A stretch of DNA of 64,000 bases, taken from Chthoniobacterales bacterium (GTDB taxonomy: Bacteria; Verrucomicrobiota; Verrucomicrobiia; Chthoniobacterales; JACTMZ01). Position numbers and translations under genes: made by a program. Positions 53,986-62,951 of this stretch are shown piece after piece. The notes under the pieces were generated by a model. The model made no database searches. It had not been told where the DNA came from and worked only from the letters and a program-made list of their open reading frames with translations. Where the stretch lies: NCBI GenBank assembly GCA_018402585.1, contig JAGYIO010000002.1, positions 65,341 through 129,340 on the forward strand, written 5' to 3'. Positions within the stretch are counted from its first letter, which is position 1. Each line of letters opens with the position of its first letter.

Positions 53986-55098
53986 TTACTCGGGCACGAG
54001 CCGCACGACTTTGCCCGGTTGGTCGTAGACCACGTAGAGGAAACCGTCGTCGAACGAACGGACGTCGCGGATCCGGCCGGTGCCTTGGAGCAAGACCTCC
54101 TGTGACCCGACCACGGGGCCGTTCAGGGACAAGCGGACCAGCCGTTGTCCGGCCAATCCGCCGGCGAAGAGGTTGCCCCGCCAGCGGGGAAATTTGTCTC
54201 CTCGATAAAGGGCGAGGCCGGAGGCGGCGATGACCGGGGTCCATTGCACCACGGGATCCTCCATCCCGGGCTGCGACTTTTGCTCCGTGATGGTCGTCCC
54301 GTTGTAGTTGATCCCGTGGCCGGCCAGCGGCCAACCGTAGTTGGCGCCTTTGCGGATGAGGTTCAATTCGTCCCCGCCGCGCGGTCCGTGCTCGGTTTCC
54401 CAGAGGCGGCCGGCGGCACTGTCAGAGACTAAGCCCTGCGCGTTGCGCGAACCGTAGGCCCAGATGGAGGGCAGGGCACCCGGCCGGTCGACGAACGGGT
54501 TGTCCGCGGGGACTCCTCCGTCGTCCGTGATGCGGTGGATTTTCCCCGCGGCCTGTCCCAGATCCTGGGCCGGGTTTTCCGGCGTGGTCGGGCCCCCGCG
54601 GTCGCCGATCGAGAAGAAAAGGTGACCGCGCCGGTCAAAGACCAGACGACACCCGAAATGGTTGGCTCCCGAGGAGGCTTGGTCGGCCGGCGGATCGTAG
54701 ACCGTTTCGACCCCGGTCAAGCGGTCGCCTTCCAGCCGTCCGCGCACCACGGAGGTGTGCGCGCCCCCGTCGAAAGCCTTGGAGAAGGCAAGGTAAATCC
54801 AGCCGTTTTCCGCGTAGTTGGGATGCACCGCGACGTCCAAGAGCCCGCCTTGCCCGCGGGCCACCACGGACGGGACCCCGGAAATTTTCCGCGGTGCGGC
54901 CCCGGGTTGGTCGATGCGAAGGAGTTGGCCGGACCGCTCGGTGAGGAGAAAGCTGCCGTCCGGAAGTTGGGCCAGAGCCCACGGATTCTCCAGCCCCTCG
55001 GCCACGGTTTCGATCCGGAACCGGTGCAGGCCGGAGGTCACCACCTCAGCTGCCAGCTGGCAGGGTAGAAGGAAAAGAAAGAGAACGGCCGACCGCAC
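53986..55098 (-). CDS. PQQ-dependent sugar dehydrogenase (soluble aldose dehydrogenase-like)
   Basis: 370 aa with a signal peptide. ERSGQLLRI, GLLDVAVHP, HFGCRLVFD, RNAQGL, HGPRGGDELN and ANYGWP are beta-propeller sGDH motifs. Confidence 0.9.
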   Translation of the reverse strand: MRSAVLFLFLLPCQLAAEVVTSGLHRFRIETVAEGLENPWALAQLPDGSFLLTERSGQLLRIDQPGAAPRKISGVPSVVARGQGGLLDVAVHPNYAENGWIYLAFSKAFDGGAHTSVVRGRLEGDRLTGVETVYDPPADQASSGANHFGCRLVFDRRGHLFFSIGDRGGPTTPENPAQDLGQAAGKIHRITDDGGVPADNPFVDRPGALPSIWAYGSRNAQGLVSDSAAGRLWETEHGPRGGDELNLIRKGANYGWPLAGHGINYNGTTITEQKSQPGMEDPVVQWTPVIAASGLALYRGDKFPRWRGNLFAGGLAGQRLVRLSLNGPVVGSQEVLLQGTGRIRDVRSFDDGFLYVVYDQPGKVVRLVPE

Positions 55099-55951
55099 AA
55101 GGGAAAAATTTGGACCGGTGCGGCCGATTGGTGAAGCGAAAAAGCAGGCCTCTGGAGGCCACGCCTGGTTTTTCTTTCCTCGACCCCCACGCTTTGCCCT
55201 CCGGTCACCACCTCTTCGCCGCCGTCATAGCCGATCTCGCCCCTCAAGCCCCCACTCGCCGAAGTGACGATCCGATCACCCGCCAGGCAAGTCACGACAA
55301 TCCAATCATCCGTCCTTTGAAAACATTATTAGCGCCCTGACGGTTAGCGCGGCTGCTGCGCTTGGGGCAGAGGGTCAAACGACCAAGTGGTCTTCCCGGG
55401 GTCTGGTCGGCGGTGCTCCCTGCCAAAAAGCCAGATTTTGATGAGGCGCAAGCGCCTTCGCTTTAATCACGCAGGCATGAGAACTTCGGTATCATGAGGC
55501 GTGCGCTCTCCGGTCAGGTTCTGACCGACCACGCGACGGGCTTGAGCACGGCAACCATTCCCGGTGCCCCAGCAGTTGCCAACCTGACCTCGGGACGCGC
55601 CAACTCTTAGCTCCCTTCGGACGCGGTCAGTTCAAATATCTCTTTTCTCAGGGGATTCCTCCTGCCACGGCGGAAATATTCACGGCGGAGATCCGTAGTG
55701 GCGCCCCTGCGTGGTCCGGAGGCTGGACCTCCCCGACGCTTCATAACCTACCAGCTGGAGGTAATCAGCTGTACAGCGCATCTGGCAATCCTGTGCCCAT
55801 TATGTTCTGCCCGGGCCTTCACCTCACGAGGCAGTAACCGGCTGGCTGAACCTCTTCCGCGGGCCAGCGAGATGGCATCTCTGCAAATTGGCTGCAGCGC
55901 GTTCCGTCCCCTCGGACCATGGGGTGAGCGGCACCGCCCGGCCCGCGCGCT

Positions 55952-56635
55952 TCAAGGTCCGTCGAGGGGCACGAGCCCGCCCGATCCGTCGAAGCGGAAA
56001 ACCGCGCGCACCTTGCCGAGCGGCGGTCGGGGTGGGGTGTTCTTTTTCCACGGTGCGGCGACCACGGCGGGTTGGGTCTGGTCGGCGGTGCTCATCATCC
56101 ACGCGGCTTCGGCCCCGGCCAACGTGGCCAACGTGGTGTTGGCAGTCGGGGGTTGGCCGGGCGTGGTGACGCGGCCGAACGGATTGACCACCGCGCCGCG
56201 GTTGGTCACCGTGGTGTTCAGCACGTAGACGCGGAGGGTATCTTTGTCCGGCGGCGTGGTTAGGCGCGCGTAAGCGCGGGGCAGGAGTTGGACGGCGAGG
56301 TAGCGGGCCGGTTCCGCGGGCAAGCCGAGATAAGCCGCGCATTCGGTGACAACCCGCCCGCCCCGGCCGGCTTCATATTCGAGGACCTGCCCGGGGAAAA
56401 GCGGCGGCAGCCGTCCGCCGTGATCCGCGGTGTATTGCAGCACGGCCGTGCCCATGGTGCGGGTCTTGGCCAAAGCCTCGGCCTGGTCGGCCCGTTGGAT
56501 AAGTCGAGGTCCGAGGGAGGCGGCTAAAGTGGCGAGGACTGCGACCAGAGCGAGGACGATGAGCAACTCGAGCAACGTGAATCCGCCGGGAAAACAAAAA
56601 GCGGTCTGTCCTTCCGGACGGACCGCTCGAGGCAA
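55952..56635 (-). CDS. prepilin-type N-terminal cleavage/methylation domain protein (pseudopilin-like)
   Basis: It has a GFTLLELLIVLALVAVLATLA N-terminal motif. A TTG start at 56635 was chosen because the longer track ORF would overlap the Fur-family gene. The C-terminal VFRFDGSGG resembles the pseudopilin C-terminal pattern. Confidence 0.72.
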   Translation of the reverse strand: MPRAVRPEGQTAFCFPGGFTLLELLIVLALVAVLATLAASLGPRLIQRADQAEALAKTRTMGTAVLQYTADHGGRLPPLFPGQVLEYEAGRGGRVVTECAAYLGLPAEPARYLAVQLLPRAYARLTTPPDKDTLRVYVLNTTVTNRGAVVNPFGRVTTPGQPPTANTTLATLAGAEAAWMMSTADQTQPAVVAAPWKKNTPPRPPLGKVRAVFRFDGSGGLVPLDGP

Positions 56636-56655
56636 GGGTTTTGCCGGGGCTGGCT

Positions 56656-57057
56656 TCAGACTAGTGCGGCCACGGCAGGTCGATGGGCGCAGGATGGATC
56701 GTTGCAGATCCCGTAGAGCGTGAGGGAATGACGCCTCACGGTGAAGCCGGCCGGAGCCAATTGGTCGATCCCCGAGGTGCAAGCCTCCACTTCATACACT
56801 TTTTGGCAAACTTCGCAGAGAAAGTGGTGATGATGGTGCGGGTGCTTGCGCTCGTAATGGGGCGGGGCCCCCGGGATTTCCACCACCTCGACTGCGCCCA
56901 AATCCATGAGGATGCGGAGTGCGCGGTAAACGGTGGCAATGCCCAGTCCTGGTGAGAGGGTACGGGCGGTGGTCCATATATCGGCCGGGGTCATGGGCCG
57001 ACCCGCGTCCTCGAGCGTTTTTTGTACTGCTGATCTTTGTCTGGTAGCGTAGTTCAC
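56656..57057 (-). CDS. Fur family metalloregulator (Zur/Fur-like)
   Basis: 133 aa. It has a winged helix (GIATVYRALRILMDLG), a His cluster (HPHHHHHFLC) and CxxC motifs (CEVC, and C..C near the C-terminus). Confidence 0.88.
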   Translation of the reverse strand: MNYATRQRSAVQKTLEDAGRPMTPADIWTTARTLSPGLGIATVYRALRILMDLGAVEVVEIPGAPPHYERKHPHHHHHFLCEVCQKVYEVEACTSGIDQLAPAGFTVRRHSLTLYGICNDPSCAHRPAVAALV

Positions 57058-57117
57058 TGGTTTGTTGGTGGTTGAGGTGACGTGAGTGTCACAATCGTAC
57101 CTTCTGTTATTCGGTGT

Positions 57118-57131
57118 CGATTTGCAAATCG
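57118..57131. promoter_or_regulatory. perfect 14-bp palindrome CGATTTGCAAATCG upstream of the Fur-family gene
   Basis: Seen directly in the sequence, 61 bp upstream of the start at 57057. The operator role is inferred. Confidence 0.3.
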
Positions 57132-57196
57132 TTTCTGCAGTGTCCGGCCAGACCGGAAGAGAGGACCTCGTCCCCGGGGAGGTGATTCCACCCTGA

Positions 57197-58087
57197 TTAT
57201 GACCCGCTGGTCAGGACGCGGAAGACGCCGTTCTTGTCGCGGTAAAATCCGCGCAACTCGGGAGCCCGTCCGGTCAGGGCCTCCATCGTCCGGTCGAGCC
57301 AATGCCCATTTTCCGTCCTCTGGTCGGCCCGCAGGCTGCCGTTCGGATTGTTCACCGCCTCGAAGGGACGGGTCAGAGCGGCGTAGGCCTCATCGGAAAG
57401 CCGCGCGCCGGGGAGGAGGTCGGGGCGGTAGACCACAATCCAGCTGCCGCCGTAACCGTCGGGATCCTCGGGCCGGATCAGGCGGAAGGTCAGTTTGCCC
57501 CCGCGCGCGGTGCGCTTTTTCGGGCTGAGGCTGTAGAGCGCTTGAATCTGGTTTTTGTCCTGCAGGTGGCCGGCGATGAATTCGCGGAAGAGCTGACGCT
57601 GCTTGTCCCCGGGCCGCTCGGCCCCGAAGAGACCGAACTCGATGGCCACGGGCTTGTCCGGGTTGCCGTAAACGTTGAATTCCCATCGGTTGTTCGCCCG
57701 GAAAGAAAGGTAGGGAATATTGCGGAGCAAACCCCGGTCGATCGCGGTGGGCGGGATTTGCTCGAAGCGCCGCACGCTGTCGTGGGTGCGCAGGTCGTGC
57801 ACGACCGAGCGCCAGGAGGGCAACTCGTCGCGTGGCACGATGCCGGCAAAGACGGCTTCACCATTTGGCGCGTCGTCGATCCGGCTGATGTATTTCTTGG
57901 GGAGGCGCGCTTCGCCGTGGTCGGTTTGGATTACCACCAGGTCGGCGGTATTCTGCAGGATTAGTCCGCGCAGTTCGGTGCCGTCATTCATCCTCACCTG
58001 GTCGGGAGCCCAATTCGCGCGGAGGGCCGCCTCGGCCTGCAGGGAGAACAGACACGTAGTGGCTAAGGCGAGACGCATTGCCTTCAT
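57197..58087 (-). CDS. hypothetical secreted protein
   Basis: 296 aa with a signal peptide (ATTCLFSLQAEA). I recognise no family. Confidence 0.55.
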   Translation of the reverse strand: MKAMRLALATTCLFSLQAEAALRANWAPDQVRMNDGTELRGLILQNTADLVVIQTDHGEARLPKKYISRIDDAPNGEAVFAGIVPRDELPSWRSVVHDLRTHDSVRRFEQIPPTAIDRGLLRNIPYLSFRANNRWEFNVYGNPDKPVAIEFGLFGAERPGDKQRQLFREFIAGHLQDKNQIQALYSLSPKKRTARGGKLTFRLIRPEDPDGYGGSWIVVYRPDLLPGARLSDEAYAALTRPFEAVNNPNGSLRADQRTENGHWLDRTMEALTGRAPELRGFYRDKNGVFRVLTSGS

Positions 58088-58116
58088 GGCATAAACATTC
58101 TAGTTTTCGCCTCTTC

Positions 58117-59439
58117 ATGCAAGGTTCCCGGTTACCTCTTGTTGTCGCGATGACGGCGCTGGCCGGCTGCGTCACCCCGCCCGGTCATTACCAACGCCCC
58201 GAAGGCGCGGTGGTCCTGCCACCCCTGCCCAAGGAAAAATTCTGGTGGGGCACCTCGACCGCGAGCTTCCAAAACGAGGACCGCGGTATGGCCCCGGATG
58301 ACCCGATGAATTTCCGCACTGATTGGGATGTCTTTGCCGACGAAGGCAGGGCCCCTGCCCGGGGGGACATGGCTGTGTCTTCCTGGTCCCGCTTCGATCT
58401 CGATCTCCGGGCGCTGAAACAACTTGGCGTGTCGCACTATCGTTTCGGAGTCGAGTGGGCCCGCATCGAGCCCCGGCCCGGAGTGATCAACGAGCAGGCG
58501 CTGGCCCGTTACGTCGAGATGGCGCGGCAATTGCGCGCCGCGGGCATCGAACCGGTGGTTACCTTGTGGCACTTCACCTTCCCCGACTGGCTCTATGACA
58601 AAAGAGACAAGCGCCAGGTCAATTTCCTCCATCCCGATGTGCAGGAAGCATGGCGGGCGCAGGTCACTCGCGTGGTGCGGGCCATGAAACCCCACGTCCG
58701 CATTTTCGTGCCGCAGAACGAACCAAACGGCGCGCTCAACCTCGGCTGGATTGCCGGTCACTGGCCGCCCGGGCTCCTGCTTCAACCCCTTGCTTACAAG
58801 CGGGCCCTGCGGGTTGCGGCTGAGATGTTCCGCGATGCGGCAAAGATCATCCGCCGCGAACGTCCGGGAGCCATCGTCATGGGAGTTTATTCCGTACCCG
58901 ACTGGCGTCGCAGCCTCCTCAAAGACCCCACTGCCTTGATTTACAATATCGTGCAGCGCCAGAATTTCGACCATCTTGATATGGTGGCCGACACGATGGA
59001 TGTCATCGGTGTGAACTACTACTACGCCCAGGACGCCAATCTCCTTCGCTTCCTCCGCCGCGGGCACGGCGAGGTGTCATCCGACTACACGCAACTGGGC
59101 TGGGAAATCGTGCCCGAGGGCCTGCATAATGTCCTCACCGAGGTGCACAAACGCTACGGCAAGCCCATTGTGGTGACCGAGAACGGCCTCGGCACGCAGA
59201 GCGAACAGAAGCGCATCCGCTACCTGCGCGAGCACATCGCCCAGCTGCGCCGGGCCATGGCCGATGGGGTCGACGTGCGCGGCTATTTTCCGTGGACCCT
59301 GGTCGACAATTACGAATGGACCGAAGGATGGCACGGACAGTTCGGTCTCTTCTCCTTCGACCGTGAGACCAAGGCGCGCAACCTCGAACCGACCGGCAAG
59401 TGGTTCTCGGCCTACATCAAAGCGCACCCCAATCCCTGA
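58117..59439 (+). CDS. glycoside hydrolase family 1 (beta-glucosidase-like), probable lipoprotein
   Basis: Start taken at MQGSRLPLVVAMTALAGC. FWWGTSTASFQ, the acid/base NEPN (VPQNEPNG), the nucleophile TENG (VVTENGLG) and a C-terminal WTLVDNYEW are present. Confidence 0.9.
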   Translation: MQGSRLPLVVAMTALAGCVTPPGHYQRPEGAVVLPPLPKEKFWWGTSTASFQNEDRGMAPDDPMNFRTDWDVFADEGRAPARGDMAVSSWSRFDLDLRALKQLGVSHYRFGVEWARIEPRPGVINEQALARYVEMARQLRAAGIEPVVTLWHFTFPDWLYDKRDKRQVNFLHPDVQEAWRAQVTRVVRAMKPHVRIFVPQNEPNGALNLGWIAGHWPPGLLLQPLAYKRALRVAAEMFRDAAKIIRRERPGAIVMGVYSVPDWRRSLLKDPTALIYNIVQRQNFDHLDMVADTMDVIGVNYYYAQDANLLRFLRRGHGEVSSDYTQLGWEIVPEGLHNVLTEVHKRYGKPIVVTENGLGTQSEQKRIRYLREHIAQLRRAMADGVDVRGYFPWTLVDNYEWTEGWHGQFGLFSFDRETKARNLEPTGKWFSAYIKAHPNP

Positions 59440-59573
59440 GCGGGAAGCTAGGCGATGGAGCCACCGATGACATGGATGTCAGAGCGGAGGCTTGGCGACC
59501 CGGCCCCAAGGCAAATGGTTTGCCGAGGGCTGTGAATTGCGGGCTGGCCTCAAGGGCCGGGCCACAATTGGCA

Positions 59574-59635
59574 GGTGGATCGCGCTAAGCGCGATAACCC
59601 CGGTGAAATATCGCGCCGGGACGGCACGATCCACC
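59574..59635. repeat. palindromic intergenic unit, copy 2 (GGTGGATCGCG ... CACGATCCACC)
   Basis: It matches 15709..15775 at both termini and in the ATATCGCGCCGGGACGGC core. Confidence 0.7.
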
Positions 59636-59721
59636 TGCACGACAATCTTCACGATTCGCCTGCTGACAACACCCATGGCCCCGAAAAATCGCGACAGTCC
59701 GCGCTAAACGGTTAAGTTGTC

Positions 59722-60618
59722 GTGAGAATGAGGAACTCAATTGCTAATCATTTGAAGATCAAATTGACCGTCGCGCTTTTTGCCGGGTTCTGTCTGGGCT
59801 GTCCGGCGCACCTTTGGTCGGGTGAGCCGTTGCGCATCGTGACCTCCTTTTATCCGGTCTATGTTGCCGCGCTCAATGTCACGGCCGGGGTCCCCGGCGT
59901 GGTGGTCTCCAACCTGGCCAGCCCGCACATCGGGTGTCTGCACGATTACCAACTCACGGCGGGCGACATGCGGCGGCTGGCCGAGGCGGACGTCCTCCTG
60001 GTCAATGGCGCGGGGATGGAACCCTTCCTCGGCAAAGTGGCGGAGCAATCTCCCCGGGTCCGCGTGGTGGCCGTGAGCGAGGGCATTCCGCTCTTGGAGA
60101 ACAACCCGCATGTTTGGGTGAGCCTGGCGGGTGCGCGGCAGCAAACGGCAAATATTGCCTCTGCCCTGGCCGCGGCGGACCCCGACCAGGCAGACGCCTT
60201 CCGCGCCAACGCCGCGACCTACCAAGCGGCCTTGTCCGACTTGGAAGAGAAAATGCGCACCGCCCTCGCCCCCTATGCGGGGACGCCGATCGTCACCTTC
60301 CATGAAGCCTTTCCCTACTTCGCCCGCGATTTCGGCCTTGATCTAGCCGGAGTGATCGGACGCGAGCACGGGGCCGAGCCGAGTGCCCGCGAGTTGGCCG
60401 ACACCGTAAAGTTGGTCCGCGCGCGCCAGGTCAAGGCGCTCTTTGCCGAGCCGCAGTTCCCCGACCAAAGCGCGCGAGTCGTGGCGCGGGAAACCGGGGT
60501 GCCGGTCTACAGTCTCGACCCCGTGGTGACCGGGCCCTCCGATCCCGTCGCGGCGCGCGGGGCTTTTCTGCTCGCCATGGAGAAAAATCTGGAGGTTTTG
60601 CAGGAGGCCTTGCGCTGA
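59722..60618 (+). CDS. metal (Zn/Mn-type) ABC transporter substrate-binding lipoprotein (ZnuA/TroA family)
   Basis: 298 aa. Alternative starts are ATG 59728 and TTG 59752. It has a lipobox (FCLGC), and IVTSFYPVY, CLHDYQLT and NPHVW are family motifs. Confidence 0.85.
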   Translation: MRMRNSIANHLKIKLTVALFAGFCLGCPAHLWSGEPLRIVTSFYPVYVAALNVTAGVPGVVVSNLASPHIGCLHDYQLTAGDMRRLAEADVLLVNGAGMEPFLGKVAEQSPRVRVVAVSEGIPLLENNPHVWVSLAGARQQTANIASALAAADPDQADAFRANAATYQAALSDLEEKMRTALAPYAGTPIVTFHEAFPYFARDFGLDLAGVIGREHGAEPSARELADTVKLVRARQVKALFAEPQFPDQSARVVARETGVPVYSLDPVVTGPSDPVAARGAFLLAMEKNLEVLQEALR

Positions 60619-60631
60619 TAGACCTGCGGGC

Positions 60632-61408
60632 ATGCATATTCCCCCGGAGGACGCTCCCGCCCACCAAGGCATCGCCCCGCACCGTTGCGGAGAGTGTTGC
60701 ACCACGCTGCGGGGTGTGACCGCGCGGCGCAACGGGGTGATCGTGCTCGAAGAGATCGACCTGCATTTGCATTGCGGCGAACTGACCGCGGTGATCGGCG
60801 AGAACGGGGCGGGCAAGACAACCTTGGTCAAATGCCTGCTCGGCGAAATGCCGCACCGCGGCGAAGTGCATTTCCTCGACGCGGCCCGCCGGCGCAAAGA
60901 CAGCCCGGTCATTGGCTACGTCCCGCAGCACAACAGTTTCGAGAAAGAGGCGCCGGTCAGCGTGCTTGATCTCTTCGCCGCCTCGCTCTCCGCGCGCCCG
61001 GCCTGTCTCGGAGTTTCTCCCGCGGTGCGGCAAGCGGCCTTGGCCGGTTTGGAGCGCACCGGGGCCGACCCGTTGGTCGACCGCCAGGTCGGCACCCTTT
61101 CCGGCGGCGAGTTGCAACGCGTCTTGCTCGGCCTGGCCCTCACCCCGGTGCCGAACATCCTCGTGCTCGACGAACCGATGTCCGGGGTCGACCACCGCGG
61201 GCGCGAACAATTTTACGGACTACTCTCCCAACTGCGCCGCGAATACGACCTGGCCGTGCTTCTTGTCTCGCATGATCTGGCCACCTTGGCCCGGTTTGCC
61301 GACCGGATGGTCTTTCTCGACCGGCGGATCGTCTGCGAGGGCACGCCGGCCGAGGTGCTGCACGATCCGCAGGTGCGCGCGGCTTTCAGCTTGCATTCGT
61401 TGTCATGA
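60632..61408 (+). CDS. metal ABC transporter ATP-binding protein
   Basis: 258 aa with Walker A (GENGAGKTT), the signature LSGGELQR and Walker B (ILVLDEP). Confidence 0.9.
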   Translation: MHIPPEDAPAHQGIAPHRCGECCTTLRGVTARRNGVIVLEEIDLHLHCGELTAVIGENGAGKTTLVKCLLGEMPHRGEVHFLDAARRRKDSPVIGYVPQHNSFEKEAPVSVLDLFAASLSARPACLGVSPAVRQAALAGLERTGADPLVDRQVGTLSGGELQRVLLGLALTPVPNILVLDEPMSGVDHRGREQFYGLLSQLRREYDLAVLLVSHDLATLARFADRMVFLDRRIVCEGTPAEVLHDPQVRAAFSLHSLS

Positions 61409-62253
61409 TCGAATCCCTGCTTGCCCCCTGGCACCGCGCGTTGTCCTCGCTGCCTTTCGAGTGGGCCGGCTACGAGTTCATGCGACTCGCCTTGCTCGCC
61501 GTGCTCCTCATTTCGCCTTTGCTCGGCGCGCTCGGGACTGTGGTGGTGGCCAACCGCATGGCCTTTTTCTCCGAAGCGGTCGGGCATGCCGCCTTCACCG
61601 GCATCGCCCTCGGCGTGATTTTCGGCCTGGCCGATCCCATGTGGTCGATGATTGGCTTCGCCCTGGTCCTCACCTTGGCCATCGCCTGGGTGCGGCGGCG
61701 CGGGGGTTTGTCCTCCGATACCGCGATTGGACTGGTTATGGCCTTCACCGTTTCGCTCGGCATCGTCATTCTCTCGCGGGGAGGGGACTTCGCGCGCTAC
61801 ACTAATTTCCTGATCGGCGACATGCTGGCCATTGCGCCGCGCGATATCGTCTGGCTGGCCGCGCTCGGGGCCGGGTCGGCCGGACTCTTTCTTCTTTTCT
61901 TCAACCGCTTGCTCCTCGCCACGATGAGTCCGTCCTTGGCCCGCAGCCGGACCAGGCATGCGGGCGCGGCCGAGTTGGTCTTCGCCTGCCTGCTTGCCGT
62001 GGTTGTGACCTGTGCTCTGCCTTGGATCGGCATCCTCGTGATCAACGCCCTGCTCATTCTCCCGGCCGCCGCGGCCCGGAATCTGGCCCGCAACACGGCC
62101 GGCTTTTTCGGCTGGTCGATCGCCGTGGCCTCGGTCACCGGGATGGTCGGGCTGATCGCCTCCTTCTACGCCTCGACCGCCACCGGCGCGACCATCGTGC
62201 TCGCCGCCATGGTGGTTTACCTCCTCACCCTGCTCCGGCGGGTGGTCTCGTGA
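61405..62253 (+). CDS. metal ABC transporter permease (ABC-3 family)
   Basis: 282 aa, polytopic. FMRLALLAVLLIS and DTAIGLVMAF are typical of ZnuB/MntB-type permeases. It overlaps the ATPase gene by 4 nt. Confidence 0.9.
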   Translation: MIESLLAPWHRALSSLPFEWAGYEFMRLALLAVLLISPLLGALGTVVVANRMAFFSEAVGHAAFTGIALGVIFGLADPMWSMIGFALVLTLAIAWVRRRGGLSSDTAIGLVMAFTVSLGIVILSRGGDFARYTNFLIGDMLAIAPRDIVWLAALGAGSAGLFLLFFNRLLLATMSPSLARSRTRHAGAAELVFACLLAVVVTCALPWIGILVINALLILPAAAARNLARNTAGFFGWSIAVASVTGMVGLIASFYASTATGATIVLAAMVVYLLTLLRRVVS

Positions 62254-62918
62254 TGGCCACCGTGGTTGCGCTGCCCGGCTTTCTCGGGAGGGGCCGCGAT
62301 TGGGCGGGGGTGCGGGCTGCTTCGCAGACCGGGTTGCGTTGGATTTGTCCGGACCTCTTTGCGCCCGGGGCGGAGCCGGTCAGACCGCCGGCCGTGGAGG
62401 GTCCGTGTTGGTTGGCCGGTTATTCTTATGGCGCGCGGCTCGCTTTGCGTTGGTTGCAGGACTCTCCGGGAAAGTGGCAGGGAGCTTTGCTCCTCTCGGT
62501 AAACCCGGGGAATTTCCAAAGCGAGGAGGAGCGCGTGGCCCGGCGGACGTCCGATGCGGATTGGGCCGCCGCGTTTCGTACCGAGCGGTGGGCGGTGGTG
62601 ACAGAGCGTTGGAACTCGCAGGCGGTTTTTCAGCATGACGCCGCGCCGCGGCGTGAAGAGCGGGACTTTGACCGGAGGAAACTTACCGCGGTGCTGGTCG
62701 AAGATTCGGTCGCCGGCCAATTCACCGACCCCCTGCGCCTGCCGACCCGCTTGGTTTGGATGGCCGGTGCGCGCGACGCCAAATTTGTCCGTCTGCAAAA
62801 CCTGATGCGCGACGCGGGATTCCCCGGCACGTTCCCGGTGGTCGGCGAGGCCGGTCATCGCCTTTTGCTCGAAGCGCCGGAGGCGGTCGCGGGGGCGCTC
62901 GATGATCTGGTGGCTTGA
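62253..62918 (+). CDS. alpha/beta hydrolase (MenH-like)
   Basis: Start taken at MATVVALPGFLGRGRDW, overlapping the permease stop. It has the nucleophile elbow GYSYG and a C-terminal GHRLLLE. Confidence 0.72.
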   Translation: MATVVALPGFLGRGRDWAGVRAASQTGLRWICPDLFAPGAEPVRPPAVEGPCWLAGYSYGARLALRWLQDSPGKWQGALLLSVNPGNFQSEEERVARRTSDADWAAAFRTERWAVVTERWNSQAVFQHDAAPRREERDFDRRKLTAVLVEDSVAGQFTDPLRLPTRLVWMAGARDAKFVRLQNLMRDAGFPGTFPVVGEAGHRLLLEAPEAVAGALDDLVA

Positions 62919-62951
62919 TCCGCGGACGGGGAAAAGCGGAGGCTGCCAACC

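Noticed and set aside
55320-55860. Known structured RNAs in the long non-coding gap: RNase P, tmRNA, SRP RNA, and cobalamin, TPP or c-di-GMP riboswitches.
   Set aside because: The signature strings are absent on both strands or only loosely resembled. These include GAGGAAAGTCCGGGC, a tRNA-like end with CCACCA, GGAA-capped SRP helix 8, the B12 box, and the full CTGAGA...ACCTGATC...GCG.AGGGA core. This cannot be called without a covariance model.
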